Both the position numbers and the translations under genes were made by a program. Positions 24,801 to 36,800 of a stretch of 64,000 nucleotides of DNA are shown here, one piece after another. The DNA is from Callorhinchus milii (taxonomy: Eukaryota): positions 54,004,001 through 54,068,000 of the forward strand of contig NW_024704743.1 in assembly GCF_018977255.1 (NCBI RefSeq), read 5' to 3'. Position 1 is the first letter of the stretch; every line of letters starts with the position of its first letter. The notes beneath the pieces are model-generated. The model was given only the letters and a program-made list of their open reading frames with translations. It made no database searches and had not been told where the DNA came from.

Positions 24801-27800
24801 GATCCCTCCAAAGTTCTCGGTCTCTCTTGATTCATCCACACGCACCGTAAGAGCAGCTTTAGGAACTCAGCACCAAAGCCATCGGCACCTGCTGCCTTGC
24901 CATTAGCAAAGTGTTACAGTGCGGAGTCCAACTCCTCCCAATGGATTAGGTTGTTTAAGGCCTTCAATCTGTTCCCCACCTTCTACCAGCTCTTCCAACC
25001 TCCATGTGGATGGACCCCTGCTTCGGCCTGTTGGGTCAGACGCCGCTGCAAAATGCTCCACATCATGTTCTTGACTGGTTCAGTTAAAGATCAACTTCCA
25101 CTCCATTTAGCATTGATTTAAAATAATCCTTGCATTTGATATTTACATACAATGTAAAACAAGGAAACAGGCCATTCAGTCCAACTAGGCCATGTCGGTG
25201 TTTATGCTCCACATGAGTCTCCACCTCCTTATTCCCTCCCATACCCTGCTACTCCCTTCTCTCTCAGATGTATGTCAAGCTTCCTCTTAAATGCACCTAC
25301 AACATATATAATATAGAGATATAGCAGCTTTCACGTTTGGAGGACATCACAAAGTCCTTCATAGGATCTATCGTAAAGTGTAGTGACTGTATTTTGTGAG
25401 TGATTTGAAGCAACTCAAATGTATTGATTTTAAAAGTACAATATAAACCTGTGAATGAACAATCCGATGTGTAATAATACATTCAAACCCTGAAACATCC
25501 CATTTCTCACCTCCTGTCATGAGGGGCACTGATTCAATTCCGATCCCCTCAGCTGAAGGGAGTGCCGTGGGCTGCAATGCAAATGGAGCTTCACTGCTGG
25601 CGATTTCAAACAGACTTTTAAATTTACAGTTTGTATAAGTTTTGACTCTAAGCATTCCCATTTCAGCTGTTACCTGAAGTCGAGGGTTGATAGTGAAGCT
25701 CCCCACTGTTGGATTCATACAGGCAATATACTGACAGTTGTGAATTTCTTTCAGCGTTAACTTCTGCCGATCGTACCTGCATATCAAATGGAGAAAGTTG
25801 ATAAGAGGCATTGTTCACACAATCAACAGGAAACAAAGTTACCTTGATATAACATTCACAGAAATGACAAGTTGTTAGCTGAAGCATCACTCACTGTTGC
25901 AAAGGAAAGGGGATTATTATCGTGTTTGGTTTCAATTAAAACTTGACAATTGTGGCCCAGAGGGAGTTTTGCTCACACATAATGTAACAATCCTTGCATT
26001 TTCATTTGATATAGCACCTTATCATGTCGTTGAAATGTCTGAAAGCGCTTCATAGAATCCACTGTAAAATGAATTCACTGTATATTTTGTATGGGAAATG
26101 CGACAGCCAATTGCGCACAGCAATAGTGTACAAAGCACCAGCCCAAAAACTTGCTGTATGACACTCACCAGTGCTTGTAATCAATGTGCTGGCGGATTAG
26201 AGTGTGAGGTTGAACTGTTCCATAAGTATCCACTTCTGGCATGTTCATATCATCAATAAAATAAATTAACTTCTTATTTCCTGGAGGTCCATAATTACGA
26301 CCAGCTTTTTTCTCAAGCGATTTTTCGAGAACTCCTGATTTAAAATAAAAATGGGAATCAGTAACTTGCGTGCTTCTAATCAGAATTGAAAAATAGATCC
26401 TTTGCGGAAGAAGCCAACTAGAAAGATCTACTAATCTTCAATTTTCCTTCCTTTGTGGGCAGTTCATCTCCATCCAATCAGAAGGAACCAATGCTAAAAA
26501 CTGTACACAACCCCTCCACTGGAATCGACAGTTCTCTATATTGCTTTCTGATAAGCTGATGAGGGCAACAGTTTCAATAGGGCAATTGGTATGTCAGACT
26601 GGTTGGTGTCAGAGATGGAGAATATCACAGTGAATCAGTAGGTGATGCTCCTCTGAGGTCATGCCAAGTAGCGGGAGCTTCACTCAGCACCTTATCTTGC
26701 TATACCTGATCTGGGAGTGCTACTGCCTCCACTGGATAACCAAAAAAGGAGAGTTCCATTTCCCAGAATTACTGCCTATCTCCCTGATCAACACAAAACT
26801 CACTCAATTTTTTAAAACATCTCCCTGCTGGCATGTACCATGCCAAAATGACTGAGGAAAGGTCCACCTGTATACATGTCATGATGAGCATCAGCTATTC
26901 GAGTGCTGTATTTGTTACAGTAATTAACACAGGTCATACCATGTATTAAAAACTGGGCTGGAGAGAGTTAGCGGTGCTAATTCAAAATTAAGTATTGGAA
27001 TTTGGCACTGTTTTCACTTTGTCACATAACAAATCTGGCCCCAGAGAGGAAAAGAACAGTAGCTTAAGGGTATTGACCAAATGCTGATAGCATACTCTGT
27101 AACATTGCTGAAGAGGTGTAGTAGTTGAAAGGCACTTTGGAGACCATGTATTCCTCCGAAAGATTTGTGAGCCTGTCTCCCACTAAAACAGTTTTGCCAA
27201 CTCCTGCATTTCCCACCAGCATAATAGGTTTCCCCTTCTCCAGCAACAAATCCAAGAAGTGCTGCAGACGTGTGCTCTCTGCAGTGTGAACAAGGACGGC
27301 CTATGATAGAAGAAAAGTGGATTTACTAAGAGTTTTCCAAATAGTGCACTTTGTGCAAAAAATAATGAATAGTAATAGAACCCAAATAACTCCCCCCACA
27401 CTCCTCATTCACCCAGTGAAATAGTTCACAGTTTGAATGTTTTAAAGGGGACATGGACACTCCACTTTGGCTCAAAATCCTGAAAGAACCTGCTCCAAAA
27501 CCTCTGGACACAGATGGATGACGTGTTCAATGTAACATCCGGAACAAAATAATCGTACGATTTGGTAGTAGGGCAGTCATCTTATTTTGTCCTGTCCTTT
27601 TTATTTGATCCTTCAAGAAGCCATCCATCCTAATCCCAATTCCCTGCTCTTTCCCTCAAATTCCCTTCCTCTGCATGTTTGCCTAATTCTCTTGTGAATG
27701 CTTACATCCTCTTTGTTCTAACAGCCACCCCAAGCAAATCGTTCCATACCCTGACAATCCTCTGGGAGAAATTCTTCCAAACATCTCCTTTTCTTCCCCT

Positions 27801-30800
27801 AATGACAATCTTGAATTCATGCCATCTTGTCCTCAAATCAATTAATTTGTTCAAATACAATTATTATCTTAAATACTTTTAGAGTGTTCCAGATCTGAAC
27901 CACCATGTGGGAAAGAAAAATAAGAAGTTTGCTTACCTGAAGAGGAGTGTCTGGTTCCATTTCGAACACTGGAACTTTTTCAGACCAGGGACAAAATTTT
28001 CTCATTTCGGGGTCAAGATAATAATCAAAGACAGTCCCCTGGGATGGAAACTTCACTGCTTTCATTTCTTTGCACCACCACTGGCTGAATTCGATACGGT
28101 AATCTACCAACTTAAAAGGGAGAATTCACACTCTAATCACTTTGGAAACCAATCTTTGAGAGTAAATGGACAGTGCAAGTTAACACTTATTCTCACTCAG
28201 TTTTCTGATACAGAATGCTAATATCAGGTTGAAACTTAAAAAGTTTGTTCATGAGTTCTATTACCACCAGTAGAGTGTACAGGGTAAAATCAGTTGAACA
28301 TACACTTTAACATAAAGGCTTAAGAGCTTTGACTTGTACCATTAATTACATATTTGTTTCTCTGGGTCTGTCTTTGGATACTACAGATGGGTCTGGTTTT
28401 AGCAGGGGAGTCTTCTCAGAGATAGTTGAACAGCAGGAAAGTCTGGATTACTTACTACTGCCTTCTAATGCACTAGGGACTGATGTGAAGTAGTTATTAT
28501 AAGGATGTTGTTTCTCTTTATTTAAGTGGCTCTTCAAACATTAATTGATTCAAGCAGCATTTAATAGATCTCATGTGAATTTGAAAATCAGATTTACCAT
28601 TGACCAGAAAATGTTTTAGGTGTAGCTTGGCTCAGTTGGTAGCACTCTCACCTCTGAATCAGAAGGTTGTGGGTCCAAGCCCCATGTGAGAACTTTGAAT
28701 TGACATAGTCTAGACTGACCCTCCAATGCAGTACTGGGGGAGTTGGAAAACTCGCTCTTCGGATGAGATGTTGAACCCATCTCTGTGTTCAGGTGGATGT
28801 TAAAGATCCTATTCTACTATTTGAAAGGAGAAGGGTGTTTCCCCAATCTACAGTATTCAGTATGATGGATCTCCAATAGCATAGATCAGAGAAGTCCCAA
28901 CACTTCAGGTGTCATAACTATTATTAAACAAAGTTATGAAAGTATTTTCATGTTTGCAAATATAGCAATAGATATTGACAAATTATCTGGCAAAGCCAAA
29001 AGTTGACATTGCTCTGAAAACAGTGCTTTGCTTGTAGAGGCAATACTTTTAACTAATGCTTCAAAATTACCTTTGAAGGTTACTGCCTGCTGCCGATGGA
29101 ATAGACGGCTTTTCAATTTTTTAACCCACCCCAGGGTAATGAGTAAATCGTGTCTGTGTGCTTTTCACAAAGGTTGTATGTAAAATCACACTGTTTTACA
29201 TGATGAGCAAAAAATCAACTAAAACCCTAGATCTCTTCCAACTTCCCCCTTGGTATAGAGTGCATGCATTTCCTATTTCTTACTTCTTGTATATAGTACC
29301 TTGCTTTGAATAGTTGCCACTCAGTCATTTATTTGTCATTTGTAGCATAAACACACAGCAGCATGGACAAGAATTACCTGATCTTGATATACTGCCCCAC
29401 CAAAGGCCCAGATGCAGGCAAAGACAAAGTAAAGTTCATAAACCTCACGTGGAGAATCAGGAGGCACATTCTTTGGAGTCAACAGACAGTCCAGGAGGGA
29501 GCAGAGAGTCTGAAAGCAGCACAAATTATTAGATCAACAACTAAACTTAACAAAACATTGGAGTGTTAGAAAATAATTCATGAGACAATCTCAAAACAAA
29601 ATCTCATTTATTGATACATAAGCAACAGAGCCACTCTAAGTCATGGCAGATGTTTCTGCTCTGTTTAGGATGGGGCTGCCCCCGATGTGCACTGAAGCCA
29701 GGGTATCCAGTGAGGGACTTCTGATATACAAATTTAATTTGTTGTTGTTGTTACTCCCCACCTGGCAAAACTATCTTCAATGCCTACAAAAGCAGGAGAC
29801 TCCAGTGGTGGTTGGAAGAAGGTGCACAAAGAAGAATATTATTTTACAGTTGTGACAATAGTGCCATGAAATCATCATTATACTATGTGATGGATCTCCA
29901 ACATAGATCAGACAAGACCTAAAGCTGCAGGTGTCACAACTATTATTAAACTAGGTCTCTGAAAGTATTTTCATGCTTGCAAGTGCATAGCAATAGATAT
30001 TGACAAATTACCCAGCAAAACCAAAGGTTGATATTCCTCTTAAAACAGCGCTGTGCTTTGTAGAGGCAATGCTTTGAACTAATGCTTCCAAATTACCTTT
30101 GAAGGTTACTTCCTGCCAATGGAATAAAAGTATTTTCAGTGTTGTTACCCACCCCAGAATAATGAGCTGAAAATCTTATCTGTGTGCTGTTTGCAAAGGT
30201 TGTATGTAAAATTAACATGAGGAGTTTCAATCGCACTCTCAGTGGCCATGTGCACACTGCACAAATATACCCCTTTTTAGAACTAAATTAGCAATCTCAA
30301 TCAAAGAAGCTACAGGGACAACAACAACTTGAATTTATTTAGAGTCCTTCACGTACAGTAGCATCGTGGGGTGCTTAATGGGATGACAGATGTTGGGAAT
30401 GGAAAATATCAGACTGGTGCAAAGGTATGTTATTGAGGCAGGATGAAAGTAGGACAGATATGCCCAAGCACTCCTGGTAACTGCAGCTGTGACAAGTTTA
30501 TGCTGGATGAGGAGGAACAGTTACAACAATAGCTGAAACAAGAGTTTCAAGCAGAAAGAGAAAGGCCTACAGAAGGTTGAATTTAGGAGGCACAAAATAC
30601 CATGAGAGGTGATTGTTATATTAGAGGTCAAGTTATTTGGTGTTAACCCAACCCAAGGAAACCCAAGGACATTCATGTCTGAGTCAACCTAAGGGAGCTA
30701 TCACTGAACATTCTTACTTTAAATGTGAAGAACAACAAGCTCACAGTATTCAGAGCTGAGCCTGTTGAGGAGAGGCTCAGTTTTATGTTCCCGGTTCATT

Positions 30801-33800
30801 CTGCATTCCTACAGATGATGGGGGTGGGTGGGGGTGGGGGGTTCATCCATATATCATGTGGTTCGCTATTTGGCAGGTACTTAGATAAGGTAGTTCAGCA
30901 GCAAATATTTTTTCGATATTGTTGAATATTCAGTGATTATTCACATCCCCCTTCCCCCTCTCTTCTTTCCCCCTCTCCCTTCCTTCAGCAAAAACAGTGC
31001 TGAACTGCTGGAAGGTTACGGTGGTAATTAATGGTTTAGGTTAAAAAGTCTCATCACCACAAGTCAGCTTTTACATTCTTTGGGTGACTGTTACTAACAT
31101 GTACAACTTCTAGAGATAGACAACTTTGAACATGTGGCTGCATTGTTTACCTGTACCATGCTGTTCTCAGGAATGGGGGTGATGGTTTTTAAGGAAGATC
31201 GTAGCTGCTCCAGACACGGAGGAACATACTTATCAAAGAGGATGGTCAGGTTGGCTTTCTCCGACTGGTAACATCTTGTATCAATCCAGCTGGTCACATA
31301 ACTATGTAATTAAAGTCACAGGCTTATAGCGGCAAACAGCAATATTTTGGCACAGCAACAATTTGCAGATATATAGCACCTTTTGCGTAGAAAGACTATG
31401 TCTAAGCATATTATAGAGATGCAGTGAAAGCCTGAGTCGGGAGGGAAGGTTTATAAGATAGGTTTTGAAAGCTGAAGGGGATGGGGCAAGGTGAGAATAC
31501 ACAGGGTGGAGGCAAGATGCTTATACTGGGACAGACCGGATGGGTGGCATGAAGCGGATCTGAGTTGGCAGAAACGGGAAGTGGTCAGGGAAGTGCAGTC
31601 ACAGAGGCAGGACGGTGCAAGACCATGGAGACATTTGAAGATAACAAGAAGGATCTTAAAGTTCATCCGTGAGGGGATAGTGAGCCAGTGGAACTAGGTA
31701 ACGGTGGGGTGATGGGTTTACAAAGTGAAAACGGGCTGCAGCATTTTGGATGATCTGTAGATTGTGATAGTTAGAGCCTGGGCAGCCAGCGAGTAGGTAA
31801 TTAGAAACATAAAGTCAAGTGATGACAGCAATAAATTTATATTTAGGATGTCTCAAAGCACTTCACAGAGTTAAAAAGCCTTGGATAAGGGTTTTGGCTG
31901 GTTTGGGGGTGAGGTAGTGTAGGTGGCAGGCAATGTTCCAGATATAGAGGAAAGCGGACTACATAAATCTACTGCATAGCTAACAGGTAGTCTGGTACTG
32001 TTAGCAGAGCAGGCACATGTTCATGTCTTCATGTTCGTTGCAACACATTCCTGGTTAGTCACACCTACACCAGTAAAAATCAAAGACTCACGGATTCCAT
32101 CCCAAATCCTGAGGATTAACATATAGAATGCCCGCTCTGGAAACCGTGGCTGGTGTAGCTGTTCTCAAATGGCTTATTTCAAACAAGAGACGCATGGACG
32201 GATTAAGTGGAATACGTTCATTGCTGGCAAGTGTCAAGACCTGTGTGAACAGTAATAAGAAAATATATCCACATGCGGTGAAATATAAAGACAAAAAGAC
32301 CTAAAACATTGATCATGGGAGATATCATACTGTAGATTTTTTATTAAGATGGGTATTTTAATCAGGACCCGGAATTCATGACTGCGGAAAAAGCCAATGA
32401 AACGTAGAGATCAATTTGAGATATAGATACTGGTTCTATATTGAGCTATTTAACAAGTTACAAAGATTTACATCCTTACACGGAATGTGGCAACTTTCAG
32501 ATGACTTTTACACAGCTAACTTTTTAAGATTACATTCTAGAGTGAAGATCCCATAACCTTTGGGGAAATGTATATTGGTGAATTAGTTGGAATCAAGTAA
32601 TTTATATGAGTTACTCTGAAAACATTTCTGCTTTCTAAATATACATTCTGTCCCATAATATAAATAGTTGCCTACCTTGTTGTCATCCATAACTGTGTTG
32701 AGTGATTCAATCCACATTGGATCTATATCACCATCTAGCACAATCCATTTTTGACTATCGTGGGTTATGTTGGCTTGCTCTCTCATGATTGATGAGAAGA
32801 GACCTGTAAGGAACAGGAAACAGCAAATATTACATTAAGGCTCACAACATATTTAGCTGTGTCAACCTCTGATGAAATTGTAGCTGTAATTTTATTTTCT
32901 TCCCAACGATCACTGCATCTTTTTTTCCAACAAAAACAAGTTCACTTCTGTAAGTATCATCAATGCTGGAATCATTCTCATTGCTCCCCTTTGCACCACA
33001 TCCAGTGCATTATTGTCCTTTTGAAAATAGAGTAAGAACATTGGCTAACTTGGCAAGCCTCTACATACCAAAAGGCACTCTACAAAATATAAGGATTATA
33101 TCAAGACATTTTCAGGTTTACTCACAATCTAATAATCTAAGTGTAGTTACAGTATTGGACTCTGAACGAGATAACAAAGCCAGGTGATGGTTTACATTGT
33201 GGTAAATATGGGATTGGTCTGCATTTCACATTATAGTAATCCTTGCATTTAATAAAGCACCTTATCACATCATCGAAATGCCTTAAAGCACATCACAGCA
33301 TTTACTGTAAAGTGAAGTGATTCTATGTTAATAGGTGAATCCAGCAGCCAATTTTATACACAGCATTATACTTCAAACAACCTCCGGAGTCCTGTAGCTC
33401 AGTGGTTAGAGCACTCGCTTTGCAAGCGAGAGACCTGAGTTCAATTCCAGGCAGGGCGAAACCTTGGGCAAGTTTCCTTACTCCACACGCCAAATAATAA
33501 TCCTCCAAAACTAAAAACAATAATAAATTGGTTATTTTCAATCTACGACTGTTTGTGGGACATTGCTGTGCACAATTGGCTGCTGCGTTCGCCCACAAAT
33601 GTACAGTCAATTCACTTTACAGTGTGTTCTGTGAAGCGCTTTGGGACATCCTCCCGACGTGAAAAGCGCTATATCAAATGCAAGGATTATTATTATTATT
33701 ATCAATGACTGATTTTTATCTAGGGGATTGTTGGCCAGGACATCACAAGAAACTCCCTTCTCTTTTCAAGATTTGTTCAAAATGTATTGTAAGCCCAAGT

Positions 33801-36800
33801 TTAATTTGCTTTTGTATTTTACTTACTGCTGCTTTTTAGGCGTGAGCTGCTGCCATTTCTTTGGTTTTGATTTAAAATTAAAAATCCACTGATTTACACC
33901 TTGTACGTTAGCCCCTGAAACAGCTTTAGTGCTTTTTTAAAAAAAATACCATATAGATGGTTCAGCAGCATAGAACACTGTTCTTTCACCTTTGGGACTT
34001 GAGCTTCAATAGAGTCCTGGCTGACTTGATGGAAGTATTCTTGGTCTGTCAATTCTAAGGGCCCTAAGTTAAATATGCTGACCATCGCAAGTGAGCTTCT
34101 AACAGGCTCAAATCCACAGCAAAATCCTGTAAGCAGTAAGTAATTTGACACAAAACCCTGTCCATAATTTGACACCCGTGAATCGACATTATTGAATTGG
34201 TAGTTTTCGAGAAGTGTTATAACATTAATCATTGCATTTGATTTAGTGCCTTATCACGTTTTCGAGACGTCTCAAAGCACTTCACAGAATATACTGTAAA
34301 GTGAATTGACTGTACATTTTGTGTTAGTGCAGGAGGTAGAAAAAACAACAAATTGCATTTATATAGTGCCTTTCATGTCAGGAGGAAATCCCAAAATTCA
34401 CAATTATGCAAAAAGATATTGTTGGGCAGAACAGACAAGCTTGCATGTGGATTTGCAACTGCTGCGACTTTTGAAAAAAATATGAAACACATTGTTAGGC
34501 GACAGACCTTTAATGGCCCCAGAACTTGTTCCCACCTATTCCACTTAGACAAAATTCTAACGTGCAGACACAGAAGTGCACTGGACATGGATTGCAGTAA
34601 CCTTTTGAATACCATGACACTGCTGCACAGTGCTACTTGTGGCATGGCCTCTTATGAACTTAGTAATATTCTGCTAAGGTCCAACAAATGTATTGATTAC
34701 AGTGTCTTGTCAGCAGAAACACATCTGGTCAGAGCAATACAATACTTGCCATCTTTCCACTCTCGGGTTGCAGGATGTATAAAACCAAACATCTCATCTG
34801 TAATGATTGCCTTTGGGTTAAGATCATTCCAGACTGGCTTCCGTTTCATGTTTGTGTACGTCCTGTACAAAGTTTTTAAGATCTGTATATTGAAAGAATA
34901 TTAAATTGCAAAAAAGTCTTAGCAATTCAAATCATAGTACACAAGGGAAAGTTCCCTCATCTTTGTAATCAATATTTCATACAGTGGGTTATTAGAACAT
35001 AGAATACTTTGCCACAAGTGCCTATTGAAGTGAAAGAGAGCAGGGAGTTGGAGTCAATAATTCCTGTGAGGAGCGAGCAGCATTTTAGGCTTTATGTGCT
35101 GAATGGTCTCCTTCTGCGCTGTAATTTTGATTCTATCCATTAAAAAACACAGAAATTCTGTAACTTTTCTGACACTGATGACTGCTCCTGGTGACGGGGT
35201 CACTTTTCACATATTTGACAGAGACTTCATCCAAACAATCCAAGTTTTTAACATAGATTCCAATTGTAAGCACTGTTTAATCAATCTATGCATTGATCAC
35301 CTATTTAAGTAGGTAATATATGTTCTACCCTATATCTGACTCGATGATGTAATCTAAAATCCACCACTCAATGATTCAGTGTCACAACCTTACACGGGAA
35401 GTAACATTTACTTATTTACAGTAATTACTGGCAATTGAGATTGGCTGTGTTTTGGGATAAAATACAGCAGTGATTTATATATATATATATATAAATTTAT
35501 ATATATATATATTTATATATAAATATATATATATAAATTTATATATATAAATTTATATATATATATATATATGTAGTTAGAAGGTTTTCCTCTAGAGATG
35601 AGCTGGGATATTATGAAGGTTATGAAACAAATAGATTAGATGGACATAAATAGGCTGTTTCTCACTGTGAGTCCAAAATAAAGGGGCATACATAAAGATA
35701 CCCACTAGCAGATCTAAAATCATAGAATTATAGAATATTACAGCATAGAAGGAGGCCATTCAACCCATTGTGCCTGGTCTTTGGAAGAGCTACCCAATCA
35801 GTCCCACTCCCCAGCTCTTTCCCTATATCCTTGCAAAGAAAGTTTTCGAGGAACTTCTTCATGCAGAGAGAATGTGTAACTCATTGGCAGAACTGTGGTT
35901 GAAGCAAACAATATCATATATTTAAGGGGAAACTTGATACATGCATGAGGAGGAAGGGGTATGGGAGATGGGATTAGGAGGGGTGGCGGCTAATTAGGCC
36001 AAATGGCCTGTTTCGCTTCTGTACATTCTATCTAAGTCTGTGTAACACCAAAGTCCCGCAAAAAGCCAAGAGATGAATGGAGGATCGTTGGCTATCACCA
36101 GGAGAAATCCCTTCTCTTTGAATAGAGTTAAAGGATCTTTAACTTCAGGTAGAAGGGCTCTTCAGTTAATGTCTCATCCAAAAGGTGATAACTCCGACAA
36201 TAATAATAATAATCCTTGCATTTGATATAGCGCTTTTCACGTCGGGAGGACGTCCCAAAGCGCTTCACAGAACACACTGTAAAGTGAATTGACTGTATAT
36301 TTGTGGGCGAACGCGGCAGCCAATTGCGCACAGCAATGTCCCACAAACAGTCGTAGATTGAAAATGACCAATTTATTATTGTTTTTTGGGTTTTTGGAGG
36401 GATTATTATTAGACGTGTGGAGTAAGGAAACTTGCCCAAGGTTTCGCCCTGTGCCTGGAATTGAACTCAGGTCTCTCACTTGCAAAGCGAGTGCTCTAAC
36501 CACTGAGCTACAGGACTCCACAATGACAGTCCAATTGTCAGTTGAACCTGGACACAACTAATTCCAATAATATTTTTGCAGCTAAATAAGAAATGCTTTG
36601 ATCTTTGTCAACTCACAGTTCCTCTTCCTAGATATTTGTAACATCCAGAACTCAGTTTACCTAATATTGTGTGGCACTTTATTATTAAAAACAGAATAAT
36701 CGCAAGTTCATTAATATCAATGTTTTCAAATTAATATTCCAGGATTGAGTCCTATTTATTCAGTAGATGTTCACAAAAACTCTTTCCTTCCATTAAGGGG

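Noticed and set aside
26556..26600. CTGATGAG hammerhead-ribozyme core
   Set aside because: No stem II followed by GAAA and no closing helices found
33386..33460. tRNA-Ala(TGC) gene (also the heads at 36519, 40759 and 46660)
   Set aside because: The tRNA-like part continues into a SINE body and tail in many dispersed copies and has an imperfect acceptor stem
34353..34904. 183-aa plus-strand ORF, and the 186-aa ORF at 46098..46658, antisense to dynein exons
   Set aside because: Composites of antisense exon, intron and repeat tails with no recognisable domain
36128..36561. Recurrent ORFs [12 protein letters not shown]... / [16 protein letters not shown]... that look like a multi-copy gene family
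   Set aside because: Chance translations of SINE family A copies on both strands
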